This document shows, one piece after another, positions 20,056-29,075 of a stretch of DNA of 64,000 nt (position 1 is the stretch's first letter; each line of letters starts with the position of its first letter). The stretch is from a virus (lineage: Duplodnaviria > Caudoviricetes), in the IMG/VR virus record IMGVR_UViG_3300014204_000169, positions 10,119-74,118 of that record; one strand, given 5' to 3'. The notes beneath the pieces were generated by a model, which made no database searches, had not been told where the DNA came from, and saw only the letters and a program-made list of their open reading frames with translations. The position numbers and the translations under genes are program-made.

Positions 20056-20328
20056 TTACTTAAATTGTTGAAAAACATGACCTACAAAATTACCAGATTC
20101 TAATTGATATGTACCAATATAATGTAGATTAGTGCCACTATCAATTTCAAACCCAGTACCTTTTATAATAATATTAAGTGTCTCTTTTTCTATTTCATTT
20201 AAATCAACAAGAATCCAAATATTTGGTTGATTATATTGAACTTGAACACAAAGTATTCTTGAATTAACAGGAACTTCAATTTCCTGCAACCCTGTTGTTT
20301 GAAGAGTGTATTTATAAATTGAATACAT
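20056..20328 (-). CDS. Conserved phage protein (DUF7352-like)
   Basis: SIYKY...ILCVQVQ...IKGTG...YIGTYQ...GHVF pattern recalled from this family. Confidence 0.55.
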   Translation of the reverse strand: MYSIYKYTLQTTGLQEIEVPVNSRILCVQVQYNQPNIWILVDLNEIEKETLNIIIKGTGFEIDSGTNLHYIGTYQLESGNFVGHVFQQFK

Positions 20329-20338
20329 AGTTTCCTTT

Positions 20339-20548
20339 CTAAACTACTTTCACAACTGTTACTTCAGTTCCCCAAGGTAATAATCCTGCTGTTGTTTTTA
20401 TTAAAATACTTTTTTGTGGTTGAATAGCACAAATATGATGAATACTTTTATCATTTTTAACAGTAAAAGATTCTCTAATAATAACAGCTTCAATCTTTTT
20501 AATATACGGAAAATCTTTTAATGTTGGTTTCTTTTTAGGTTTAGTCAT
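20339..20548 (-). CDS. Hypothetical protein
   Basis: ORF track. Confidence 0.6.
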   Translation of the reverse strand: MTKPKKKPTLKDFPYIKKIEAVIIRESFTVKNDKSIHHICAIQPQKSILIKTTAGLLPWGTEVTVVKVV

Positions 20549-20774
20549 TTACATCAACCTCTGGGATAAACATAAAATGAATATTGTTTTGTGCAGCTAC
20601 ATTAATAATAAATTCATATACAGTAAGATTTAATAACTCTTCTGGTTCAAAAAATCCTCCAGCAGAATTTATAACGTGATCTAATTCCATAAAAGTCTTT
20701 GCGCGCTTAAATTGAATTCTTTGTTCTGCCTTATTCTGTTCACTTTGAATCTTGCTTGGTTTAGTATTTTCCAT
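20541..20774 (-). CDS. Hypothetical protein
   Basis: ORF track. Confidence 0.65.
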   Translation of the reverse strand: MENTKPSKIQSEQNKAEQRIQFKRAKTFMELDHVINSAGGFFEPEELLNLTVYEFIINVAAQNNIHFMFIPEVDVND

Positions 20775-20783
20775 ATTTATTTC

Positions 20784-21113
20784 CTAAGCTTTATAAGTTA
20801 AATCTTCTACAGTACAAATACTTTCAGCCCCATCATATTCTTCAATTCTAAAAATTGTACCTATAGGAAGCCATGCTATTACTAAATCAGAAGTTCCCCC
20901 TGTATAAGCATCAACACCTAAATTTTCCTTAACCCACACATCATTAATTTCACTTTGTCTATTTGCTAAAATTAGCTCAATTACTTTTGGTTCAAATGGG
21001 TTTATTTTTTTATTCCATGTAGTCCAACCAGCACCAAAAGAAGGAGAATATGCAACAGCAACTTTTCCTTTTTTAATTACTCTATCTTTAGTAATCTCAA
21101 TCTTTGCTTTCAT
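20784..21113 (-). CDS. Conserved phage hypothetical protein
   Basis: KVAVAYSPSFGAGWTTWN ... FRIEEYDGAESI. Confidence 0.75.
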   Translation of the reverse strand: MKAKIEITKDRVIKKGKVAVAYSPSFGAGWTTWNKKINPFEPKVIELILANRQSEINDVWVKENLGVDAYTGGTSDLVIAWLPIGTIFRIEEYDGAESICTVEDLTYKA

Positions 21114-21117
21114 TGTT

Positions 21118-21621
21118 TTATTTCCTTACTAATTTCTTCTTCATTTTAGATGCAGTTTCAATATCACTCTTTTGCTGCCTTTGCTTATTCTCCCACTCCT
21201 TGCCTAAATCCCTTGGAACAGATGGGCCAGCGAAATAATTTGCACTATAGAGTTTTACTAAATTCTCTAATGCAGCTTTTCTACCAAAGCTCATTTCCAT
21301 ATAAATTGAATGTGCTACTTCAGCATCATAGGTAGCTTGTATAAAAGCATCTTTAGCAGCAATATGATCTTTATGAGTGCGATAGAAAGCTTCTATATCT
21401 ATAGCTGTTGGCTTCTCCTTCCTAATATATTTCATTGGATTATCATTAGCCATTTTTACTAATTTAGATCTAATGATCTTAATATCTTCTTCTGCTTCAG
21501 CAGCAAGCCTTTTCATCTTAGCAGCATACTTGCCATATTTGATACCTATACTGCTCTGTTCTAACCAGCAGGTATCCAGGGATAACGGATCAATCTGTTT
21601 GTCTTTTTCGTAATCTAACAT
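21118..21621 (-). CDS. UvsY-like recombination mediator
   Basis: Helical bundle, IDPLSLDTCWLEQSS ... RKAALENLVKLYSANYF; near SSB and RecA. Confidence 0.6.
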   Translation of the reverse strand: MLDYEKDKQIDPLSLDTCWLEQSSIGIKYGKYAAKMKRLAAEAEEDIKIIRSKLVKMANDNPMKYIRKEKPTAIDIEAFYRTHKDHIAAKDAFIQATYDAEVAHSIYMEMSFGRKAALENLVKLYSANYFAGPSVPRDLGKEWENKQRQQKSDIETASKMKKKLVRK

Positions 21622-21832
21622 ATTTTTACACACCTTTTGATATGTATTGCTCAAACTCTTTTGCTCTTTCAATAATTGCATTTGTTGTAGCTAGACTTAA
21701 AATACCAGATTTGCACGTATTTTCAAAAACAGTACTTTGAATACTGCAAACAGCTAAATCTAATGCTTGTCTCCTAATCATCTTTTTTGTAGGTTCATCT
21801 TCCATTTTGTTCTCCGTTTGAGGCTGTATTTT

Positions 21833-22075
21833 TTATTTCTCTGGTTTCTTAGGTTTAGATGATGTTTCTCGTTCATATTTATCTAATTCTGATTTTTGTT
21901 CAGGTGTTAATTTCCCTGTTAAAATAAAATTTGCTAATACAGAATAACCATCATCTTGCGTTTTCTTTTTGTTTTTCATATTTATATTATACACTAAATC
22001 AAGGAAAGTTTTAAAGGTTTTTAAAGTAACCTCAAGATTTATTTTTAGGACTTCACTATTTTGTAGCAATTCCAA
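21833..22075 (-). CDS. Hypothetical protein
   Basis: ORF track. Confidence 0.5.
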   Translation of the reverse strand: MELLQNSEVLKINLEVTLKTFKTFLDLVYNINMKNKKKTQDDGYSVLANFILTGKLTPEQKSELDKYERETSSKPKKPEK

Positions 22076-22977
22076 GTAATCATAGGCATACCACTATCAT
22101 AGGTATTAGACATAAACTCATCCAGGATACACGCAGCACGATTATTTTCACCATTGAGCAGAACAGCACTAAAATATCCCAAAATGACTCTGCGAATGCT
22201 CTCAGGTTCTTCTTCCTTCAAACCTTTTAGTATCCCCGCAACCGTTTTCCAGTTGGACTTTGATAACAATGCTCTACACAAGTCAATAATTTGATTCGTA
22301 CTCTCAGCAGATCTTTTAGCAATAGCAAGCCTATCTTGTCCATCAGCAGCAAGAACCTGATCCAAAATCTGTAAAGCATTTCTTGGGTGGCCTTGACTAT
22401 CTTGGATAATTTGATCATAAATTTCCTGTTCTAACTTTTGTCCTTCTTTTTTTACTATAGATTTTAGTAAACTTAACATCTCAGAATCAGATAATACTGT
22501 CATAGTGTATTGGGTACAACGATTTCTGACAGTTAGTAAAAGCTTTTGAGGATCAGTTGTAGCAAGTATATAGTAAACATGGCTTGGTGTATCTTCTAAA
22601 GCTTTTAGTAAGGCACTCATTGCATCAGATGATAATTTGTGGCATTCATCAATAAAGAATATTCGGCAACCCCCTTTTGTGGGTTTAAATTGACTCTTGC
22701 TACGAATATCCCGGATTTGATCAATCCCACGAAAACTAGCAGAATCAAGTTCTGTAAAATCAGTATCTACACAACCCAAGGCTGATGCAATAATTCTTGC
22801 TAGTGTTGTCTTTCCTGTACCACTTGGGCCAGTTAGTAAAAAAGATCGAGGCCTCTTATCTTCTGGTTTTTTAAGCATTATCTGCAAGTTAGTAATTGCA
22901 GATTTATTACCAATTACTTCTTCAAATGTTTTTGGCCTATACCTTTTATACAAAGGGCCAACATCTTCACTTTTCAT
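22045..22977 (-). CDS. dnaX: Clamp-loader AAA+ subunit (DnaX gamma/tau-like)
   Basis: LYKRYRPKTFEEVIGN, GPSGTGKTT, FIDECHKL, ALLKALED, RNRC sensor. Confidence 0.9.
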   Translation of the reverse strand: MKSEDVGPLYKRYRPKTFEEVIGNKSAITNLQIMLKKPEDKRPRSFLLTGPSGTGKTTLARIIASALGCVDTDFTELDSASFRGIDQIRDIRSKSQFKPTKGGCRIFFIDECHKLSSDAMSALLKALEDTPSHVYYILATTDPQKLLLTVRNRCTQYTMTVLSDSEMLSLLKSIVKKEGQKLEQEIYDQIIQDSQGHPRNALQILDQVLAADGQDRLAIAKRSAESTNQIIDLCRALLSKSNWKTVAGILKGLKEEEPESIRRVILGYFSAVLLNGENNRAACILDEFMSNTYDSGMPMITWNCYKIVKS

Positions 22978-23141
22978 TAATCCCCCAATTTATAAAAATA
23001 TCTTGCCCCAATAAAAATTGCAATTATACTAGTCCCAATAATTTCTATTGCATACCAAGAATGAAAATCAAAAATAATAATTGATATTAGTGAAAATATA
23101 CCCAATATTATAAATGAAAGCGCTAGTGCAGAAGTTAGCAT
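22977..23141 (-). CDS. Small two-TM membrane protein
   Basis: Read by eye: MLTSALALSFIILGIFSLISIIIF...IIGTSIIAIFIGARYF. Confidence 0.55.
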   Translation of the reverse strand: MLTSALALSFIILGIFSLISIIIFDFHSWYAIEIIGTSIIAIFIGARYFYKLGD

Positions 23142-23149
23142 ATTAGGTT

Positions 23150-23437
23150 TCATTCACACCTCCTAAATACTAATAAAAGCAAATCACATTGAACTTGGTT
23201 TAACTTCCCATATTTTTTATATGATGCTGATGTATTTTTTGCCCAGTCTAAATCTACTGGAGTAATTTTACTAGAGTTACTAATAATATGTTTAAGCATG
23301 AGTTTTACTTGTTCATGTTCTTCTTCAGTCATTTTAACTCTCTTCTTTATATACTTTTGTTTACATGGGTAAACCCCTACTTCATTTAGTATAAGTTCTT
23401 CTTCAATAGGTTTCTTTTTTCTAATAAACTGTTTCAT
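23150..23437 (-). CDS. Hypothetical protein
   Basis: ORF track. Confidence 0.65.
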   Translation of the reverse strand: MKQFIRKKKPIEEELILNEVGVYPCKQKYIKKRVKMTEEEHEQVKLMLKHIISNSSKITPVDLDWAKNTSASYKKYGKLNQVQCDLLLLVFRRCE

Positions 23438-23534
23438 TAATATTTTCTTTTCTTAATAATTGAACAAAGGCAATCTAAAACAATTCCGATGCAAATAATA
23501 CATAGTAAAATTTTAGATAAACTCATAAAAATCC

Positions 23535-24932
23535 TTATGCAGCTATTTTCTTCTTCATTGACCAAGGCTCATCAATTCCAGCTATTTCAAAATCCACACT
23601 AAAAGGTATGGTAATCCAATCCCAATGTTTTGGTAAATCAATAGTAACAACTTTTTTAATACTACTAATAATATAACTTAACTCAGAAGGGGCAATATCC
23701 CAAACCATGCTGTCATGCACTTGCCCTAAAAGACGCGACTCTAACTTCTCTTTTCTTTGTAGTTTGTCCAACTTAATAAAACTATATAAAAGGGTATGGA
23801 AAGATGGCCCCTGTATAGGGTAATTACAAACTTGCTTTTTATCCATCAATCCAGAACAACGAAATCCAGTAACAGTATCAAAGTACCCTTTTTTTTGATA
23901 CTCTGCCCAAAATGAATCTTTCCATTTATTATATACCCTGAATCGTCTTTGCCAAAAGTCTTTTTCAACTGATTGTAAATGATTTACAAAATCTTCAAAA
24001 CACTTAATCCCATTTTTTATTAAATGATCTGAAATATAAGAACTACCTAATTTAATACCTTGTCCCGGTTTCCATTTCCCTTCAGAAAGCTTACACCAGT
24101 CTAAAGCTAAGTATCCTGCACAAGATCTATACCAATCACCATAAAACTGAGCAAATACAAATCCATTTTTAGCTGCTTGTCTAAGTAGTTCAAATCCTTC
24201 TAATTTTCCATCAAAGGTTTTTAGTAAAAATATTTGCATTGCCATATCACGATGCATATCTGTAGTAGGATCAGTAACATACTTTTCCATAACAGGATCA
24301 TGATGGACACACACCGAAGTTTTCACTTCTGCTCCCTTCCAATCGGCTTCCAGCAGTTGATGTCCTGGCCTTGGAATAATCCCACTACGTACAACCTGCA
24401 TTGATTCTTCATCCCGTTTTGGAATATTTTGAAAATTTGGATTTGAGCTGCTTGAACGAAAACTTACTACATTATGAAGATTAAAAAAAGGGTGTACAAT
24501 ACCATCTACAGCTTCCCTAATATAAGCATCAAGATAAGTATCTCGAAGTTTCTTTAATTTTCTCATTTGTAGTAATCCAGACATTTCTGGAATCCTAAGT
24601 TGCATTAAAGCATCTTCATCTGTTGAACCATAACCTTTTTCTGTGAAAGATTTTGGAGTTATCTTTTTTACTTTATAAAGAAATGATGCAAGTTGAGCAT
24701 TGGAATTAATATTAACTTTACCATGAAATGCGTGACTCCATTGCTTATAAAAATTACTTTGCTTAAATTCTTTTTCTAAATTAGTAATTCTTTCAGTTAG
24801 AATTTCTTTCTGTTCAATACAGTATTTTTGGTCCGTAAGCATCCCATAGTTTTCTGCTCTAAAAAATGCTAAAGAACCTTGCTGAAGAAGTTGTAAAGCA
24901 TCAAGTCGTGAAGATTGCATTTTCATATCCAA
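23535..24932 (-). CDS. polA: DNA polymerase family A, polymerase domain only
   Basis: RSSSSNPNFQNIP, LEADWKGAE (motif A), RQAAKNGFVFAQFYG (motif B), NYPIQG, QVHDS (motif C). Confidence 0.93.
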   Translation of the reverse strand: MDMKMQSSRLDALQLLQQGSLAFFRAENYGMLTDQKYCIEQKEILTERITNLEKEFKQSNFYKQWSHAFHGKVNINSNAQLASFLYKVKKITPKSFTEKGYGSTDEDALMQLRIPEMSGLLQMRKLKKLRDTYLDAYIREAVDGIVHPFFNLHNVVSFRSSSSNPNFQNIPKRDEESMQVVRSGIIPRPGHQLLEADWKGAEVKTSVCVHHDPVMEKYVTDPTTDMHRDMAMQIFLLKTFDGKLEGFELLRQAAKNGFVFAQFYGDWYRSCAGYLALDWCKLSEGKWKPGQGIKLGSSYISDHLIKNGIKCFEDFVNHLQSVEKDFWQRRFRVYNKWKDSFWAEYQKKGYFDTVTGFRCSGLMDKKQVCNYPIQGPSFHTLLYSFIKLDKLQRKEKLESRLLGQVHDSMVWDIAPSELSYIISSIKKVVTIDLPKHWDWITIPFSVDFEIAGIDEPWSMKKKIAA

Positions 24933-25156
24933 GTTTTAGTAAAACAATCCCATGTACAATTACATCTATCACATAACATTTTATTATGTGGTGCTTGTAT
25001 AGCATTGTACACAGACTCAACTACAACATATTTACAGGAAGGGCATTTATAAACAGGTAAAGGTGGGTGTCCATATTCCGTTCCATCACAAAAAGAACAA
25101 CCTTTTCCTGTAATAGATTTTTCAAAACCTTCAGATTTACATATATCACATTGCAT
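24923..25156 (-). CDS. Cys-rich zinc-binding protein
   Basis: Four CxxC pairs. Confidence 0.65.
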   Translation of the reverse strand: MQCDICKSEGFEKSITGKGCSFCDGTEYGHPPLPVYKCPSCKYVVVESVYNAIQAPHNKMLCDRCNCTWDCFTKTWI

Positions 25157-25158
25157 AT

Positions 25159-25545
25159 TTACACCAAATATAACTCTTTCTTTCCAAGTTTAGTAAATTT
25201 ATTAATAGTATCTTCAGTTCCACCAGTACGATCTTTTGCTACACAAGCTATAAGTATATCAGAAGTATTTGCAATATCAGTATTCCGAATAAAACCAGCA
25301 AGATTTTTATGCCTATCCCAATCGGCTGGAAAGATTAGTAAAGGTAAACAATAGAGCTTTGCCAATAACTCCGCAAACCTATCTGCACCTTTAGGACACC
25401 CACCAGAACAAATAATTAGTTCATGTTGATCTTTCATGAACTTCTTGAGTGTTTGATGTACTAATAAATAAGCTTCCTTAGAATCTCTTCGTCTTGTTCC
25501 CACAATTCCAATTACTGTTTTTCCATTTATCATAATGATTCCCAA
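25159..25545 (-). CDS. SLOG-superfamily protein (DprA/YspA/DUF2493-like)
   Basis: IGIVGTR, SGGCPKGAD, ADWDRH..AGFIRN, GGTEDTI. Confidence 0.8.
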   Translation of the reverse strand: MGIIMINGKTVIGIVGTRRRDSKEAYLLVHQTLKKFMKDQHELIICSGGCPKGADRFAELLAKLYCLPLLIFPADWDRHKNLAGFIRNTDIANTSDILIACVAKDRTGGTEDTINKFTKLGKKELYLV

Positions 25546-25853
25546 TCTGTATTTACTTTATGCATTATTTCTTTTTCTGACATCCCTTCAATAGCATAAA
25601 CAATAAAATGATTAGTTCCCCCATATTTACTCTTTTGCCATATTTGTTTACGAATATATAGTTCTGAAATTATTATATTTGATGGTTCTTCATATTCATC
25701 AGGAATAGTGAATTTAGGTATTGACTTTATATCTAATTGTATAAAATATAATTCCTGATCTAAACAAATAGTTTCTTTATCATGTGCCCCACCAATTAAG
25801 GCATACATAATTAATCCTTTCATGAATACTGCCATCCTTCCTTTTCCGCACAT
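25530..25853 (-). CDS. Hypothetical protein
   Basis: ORF track (start probably MYALIGG). Confidence 0.55.
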   Translation of the reverse strand: MCGKGRMAVFMKGLIMYALIGGAHDKETICLDQELYFIQLDIKSIPKFTIPDEYEEPSNIIISELYIRKQIWQKSKYGGTNHFIVYAIEGMSEKEIMHKVNTDWESL

Positions 25854-26065
25854 TCATCACATATAGCAAACTTTTTTGTTGTATTAGATTTATTAAAAGT
25901 AATAACTTTAGTATGCCCACAATCAAGGTCATAAGACATAGTTACTACTTTTACTGTATGCATATTACCCATTATTTGTTTAGTGACTAACTCTTCTACT
26001 CTATTTACTTTTAGTATATTTCGATAGAAATCTTTTCTGGTTTTTCGCATAAACACCTTTAACAA
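25820..26065 (-). CDS. Hypothetical protein (CGH...CDEC)
   Basis: ORF track. Confidence 0.6.
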   Translation of the reverse strand: MLKVFMRKTRKDFYRNILKVNRVEELVTKQIMGNMHTVKVVTMSYDLDCGHTKVITFNKSNTTKKFAICDECAEKEGWQYS

Positions 26066-26367
26066 ACTGTATTACAACTGAGTATAGATGGATTATTAAA
26101 AAAAGTAGTACAATTATATTTAAAATGAAATTTTTCCATTTCTTTTTTTCTTAATTCTCTTTGTAGTTTTTCCCACACAACAGGATGCATTATTAAAGAA
26201 TCGTTGCCTATTTGAAGTATATAATCTTTTGGTACGTTCTTATAATTTTTTTGATTTTTACTAAACTTCTTTTGTATTCGTTTCTTTTTACTTCTTGGAA
26301 AAATTACTTGAACTCGATCAAACATATTTTGATCTAAGATTACATGTAATCCATTAAAAGTAAGCAT
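26059..26367 (-). CDS. Conserved phage hypothetical protein
   Basis: FPRSKKKRIQKKF motif. Confidence 0.7.
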   Translation of the reverse strand: MLTFNGLHVILDQNMFDRVQVIFPRSKKKRIQKKFSKNQKNYKNVPKDYILQIGNDSLIMHPVVWEKLQRELRKKEMEKFHFKYNCTTFFNNPSILSCNTVC

Positions 26368-26493
26368 TAAATATCACCTCTAGTAATTTATTTAATAAAT
26401 TATATGCGCTTCTACAAATTGTATATGCCAGTAAGAAATCTATAAAATTCCAATCTCCAACTTTTTTACCATATACATTATTTTTGATACTCA

Positions 26494-26877
26494 TTAAATA
26501 GTTCCTCTTCGTTCTTCTTGAAAATGACAATCAGCACAAGTGAAAATATATCTTGGTTCTGGAGATAATGTAGTAAGAACTATTTTTTGAATATTAATAC
26601 TTTTACACTTAGGACATTTTTCTTGTAGTAAAGATTTTGCATACTCAATTTCTTCTTGAGTTAATGAATTTATTTTATTTGCAAATTGTTGATCTATTTG
26701 TTTATCGGCTTCTTCTAATTTCTTTCGTTCTTTATACTCTAAAATTGTTTCTGCTATGTTATATGCGAGAGTAACCTGAGATTTCAAATCATTTTTAGGA
26801 AATCCCGTAACAATATAATCTTTTAAGTAAAACGAAGCAATAATATCCACAACACCAAACTGATTTTCATCTTTCAT
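26494..26877 (-). CDS. Zinc-ribbon protein
   Basis: CPKC ... CADC. Confidence 0.65.
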   Translation of the reverse strand: MKDENQFGVVDIIASFYLKDYIVTGFPKNDLKSQVTLAYNIAETILEYKERKKLEEADKQIDQQFANKINSLTQEEIEYAKSLLQEKCPKCKSINIQKIVLTTLSPEPRYIFTCADCHFQEERRGTI

Positions 26878-28063
26878 ATCCCAACTCTTTCATCTGTAGA
26901 AGGGCTAAACGCCTTTCCAAAATTGAATCAACACCACAGTAAATTAATAAATCTCTTTTACCTTTTTCTGTTTTAATAAGTGTTTCTATTTGATTAACAG
27001 CATTCCCATTTTTATTATCTTTAGCTTTAAGAAATGGGGCAATATGGCTGTTGTAGTCCGTTATCCCAAATTTTACAAAACTACTAAATTTTAATCCTGT
27101 AATACCTCTACGATTATCCAGAACATGAGTAGCCAACATGGTATCCCATATCCATTTCCTAACCGTTGTCTTTAGTATATTTTTTGCCCAATTAGTTTCA
27201 TACTTCAGATTAGCTGCTATTTTTTCTATATCAGATTTAAGAAAATCTTTTACATTTTGTAATTGCTGCCCTTTAGTGGGCATCATAAATGAATATGCTT
27301 TGTCATTTGCTGCACTAACACTCATACATATTATTTTATGAATTTTAGTATTATTGGGTTTTAAGCCCGTTGCCTCTACGTCCCAGGCTACCGGACCTTT
27401 CAAGTCTTTCAAGAACGAAGTATCCTCAACAATCTCTACTTGTGTTGCTTCATCTACAAATACAGGAAACTTTTTATCTAAATGTTTTATTGCTTTAGCT
27501 AAATCTTGTTTTACTATAGTTTTTACTTCAACATCACTTTCATTTACAAAATCCAGATTATAGGTAGCCATCACCCAACATTTAGTATCCCTATCCGGTA
27601 TTACAAATCCTCTTAGTTGATCTAGTGAAGGTGTTTTTTCATCATGCCATCTATGATCTATCAAACTTGAAACAGCACAAGATCCGAATAGTAAAATAAG
27701 CTTTGGTTTTAGTTCATTAATAACTTGAAATACTTTGGTTCTACAACAAGCAATTTGTTTGCTTGTAGGGTCTTTTTTCTCTTCTGTACGGCACGCTACG
27801 GCGTTAATACAAGCACAATCAACCTCTAAGTCAATATCTAGGTTCTGGAGCAACCTACGCAGTAAATGACCTTTATCACCAGTAAAAGATTTCTTCTTAT
27901 GATCATCTAATTCATCTGGAAAATCCCCTATGCAAAGTATCTTCTTTTGAAACTCTCCTGAAGGCTCAAGTTTAGGATTAGTGGAATTATGATAAAGTCC
28001 ACAAGTAACACAAGAAAGGCGTTTACTAACTTTTTGGGGTTTTACTTCAAAGAAACCTTGCAT
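26867..28063 (-). CDS. Family-4 UDG-like domain fused to 3'-5' proofreading exonuclease (N-terminal half of SPO1-type PolA)
   Basis: Fe-S Cys pattern (CVTC, CACINAVACR, CCR); ExoI WDVEATG, ExoII ANLKYE, WDTMLATHVLD, ExoIII YCGVD. Confidence 0.85.
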   Translation of the reverse strand: MQGFFEVKPQKVSKRLSCVTCGLYHNSTNPKLEPSGEFQKKILCIGDFPDELDDHKKKSFTGDKGHLLRRLLQNLDIDLEVDCACINAVACRTEEKKDPTSKQIACCRTKVFQVINELKPKLILLFGSCAVSSLIDHRWHDEKTPSLDQLRGFVIPDRDTKCWVMATYNLDFVNESDVEVKTIVKQDLAKAIKHLDKKFPVFVDEATQVEIVEDTSFLKDLKGPVAWDVEATGLKPNNTKIHKIICMSVSAANDKAYSFMMPTKGQQLQNVKDFLKSDIEKIAANLKYETNWAKNILKTTVRKWIWDTMLATHVLDNRRGITGLKFSSFVKFGITDYNSHIAPFLKAKDNKNGNAVNQIETLIKTEKGKRDLLIYCGVDSILERRLALLQMKELGYER

Positions 28064-28281
28064 TATTTTATCTCAAGATTTAGTAACATAGTAAATTGAA
28101 TTGTAGAATGTAATGTTAAGTCTTTATTAATAGAATATTCATAAGAGGTAATTTTACTTTGTTTAAATTTAATAAACCCATCCTCATATTTTCTTCCAAG
28201 TATAAGATATGTTGCTGTATTAAAATGATGAATATAAATTGGAATCCATTTAGATTTTTTCATGAATAATTTTTTGAACAT
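28063..28281 (-). CDS. Hypothetical protein
   Basis: ORF track. Confidence 0.65.
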   Translation of the reverse strand: MFKKLFMKKSKWIPIYIHHFNTATYLILGRKYEDGFIKFKQSKITSYEYSINKDLTLHSTIQFTMLLNLEIK

Positions 28282-28283
28282 AT

Positions 28284-28475
28284 TTATGTCCTTCTCTTAT
28301 ATATCTCTTCGAGAACAATCATTTGATTGGATGAAAGTATTCCTTTTTTCTTGAATTGTTCTTCAAAAGAAATTAGTAAATTAATCTCACTAGCAGAAAG
28401 ATTTGTTCCTTGTTCTGTTAGGCATTTTAATTGCCAATCGATAATAGTTTTAGCATCAGCAGTTTTGTATTGCAT
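28284..28475 (-). CDS. Hypothetical protein
   Basis: ORF track. Confidence 0.65.
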   Translation of the reverse strand: MQYKTADAKTIIDWQLKCLTEQGTNLSASEINLLISFEEQFKKKGILSSNQMIVLEEIYKRRT

Positions 28476-28492
28476 TAAATTAAACCTATAAA

Positions 28493-28648
28493 TTTAATAT
28501 TTATAATAATCCCATTAACTATTGCTATATCAATAAGATCTTTCCAAGCATTTATATGTGACTTAGCTTTAACAACAAAAGATCTTTTATCCCCATCATG
28601 ATTTTCTGCATTTGAAATAAAAGTAACTTCAAAATGAAACCTAAACAT
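28493..28648 (-). CDS. Hypothetical 51-aa protein
   Basis: Read by eye: MFRFHFEVTFIS..., GAAGGA RBS inside the repeat. Confidence 0.55.
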
Positions 28649-28727
28649 ATTTATGTCCTTCTCTTATAATTCAATCCCACCAAGCTAAACTTCTTTTAGC
28701 TAAAATATGATGTAAATATTTAATATC

Positions 28728-29075
28728 TTAATTCTTCATATATACAGAATAATGATATGTAGTTTTAGTATTCCATTTAGTAAAATAATTACGTTTCCAT
28801 GGGCCTATTTTTGGAGTATCATCATAATTATCAAGTAACACTCGATCACATAAATAAATACACTGTTTAATATATTTTAATTCATTTGTATTTGTTTCGA
28901 TTTCAGAAAATCTTTTATATATATTTTGTAATTTAAATTTAATAATTATATAAAAATAAAAACAATCCCAGTCAAAATCATTCCAAATAACAGGGAACCA
29001 TCGAATTAAATTTTTAATTTGTTTAATAAATCTCATAATTATTTCTCCGAATAAAGAGCAACTACATGCTCCCAA
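28728..29075 (-). CDS. Hypothetical protein (start probably MRFIKQ)
   Basis: ORF track; WFPVIWNDFDWD motif. Confidence 0.6.
   Translation of the reverse strand: MGACSCSLFGEIIMRFIKQIKNLIRWFPVIWNDFDWDCFYFYIIIKFKLQNIYKRFSEIETNTNELKYIKQCIYLCDRVLLDNYDDTPKIGPWKRNYFTKWNTKTTYHYSVYMKN

Larger units (their letters stand above)
28277..28668. repeat. 25-bp perfect direct repeat pair (28277-28301 and 28644-28668)
   Basis: AACATATTTATGTCCTTCTCTTATA at both positions. Confidence 0.9.

Noticed and set aside
24933-26866. Group I/II intron between the polymerase halves
   Set aside because: Gap is filled by ordinary coupled ORFs; no homing endonuclease or RT, and no recognisable intron core
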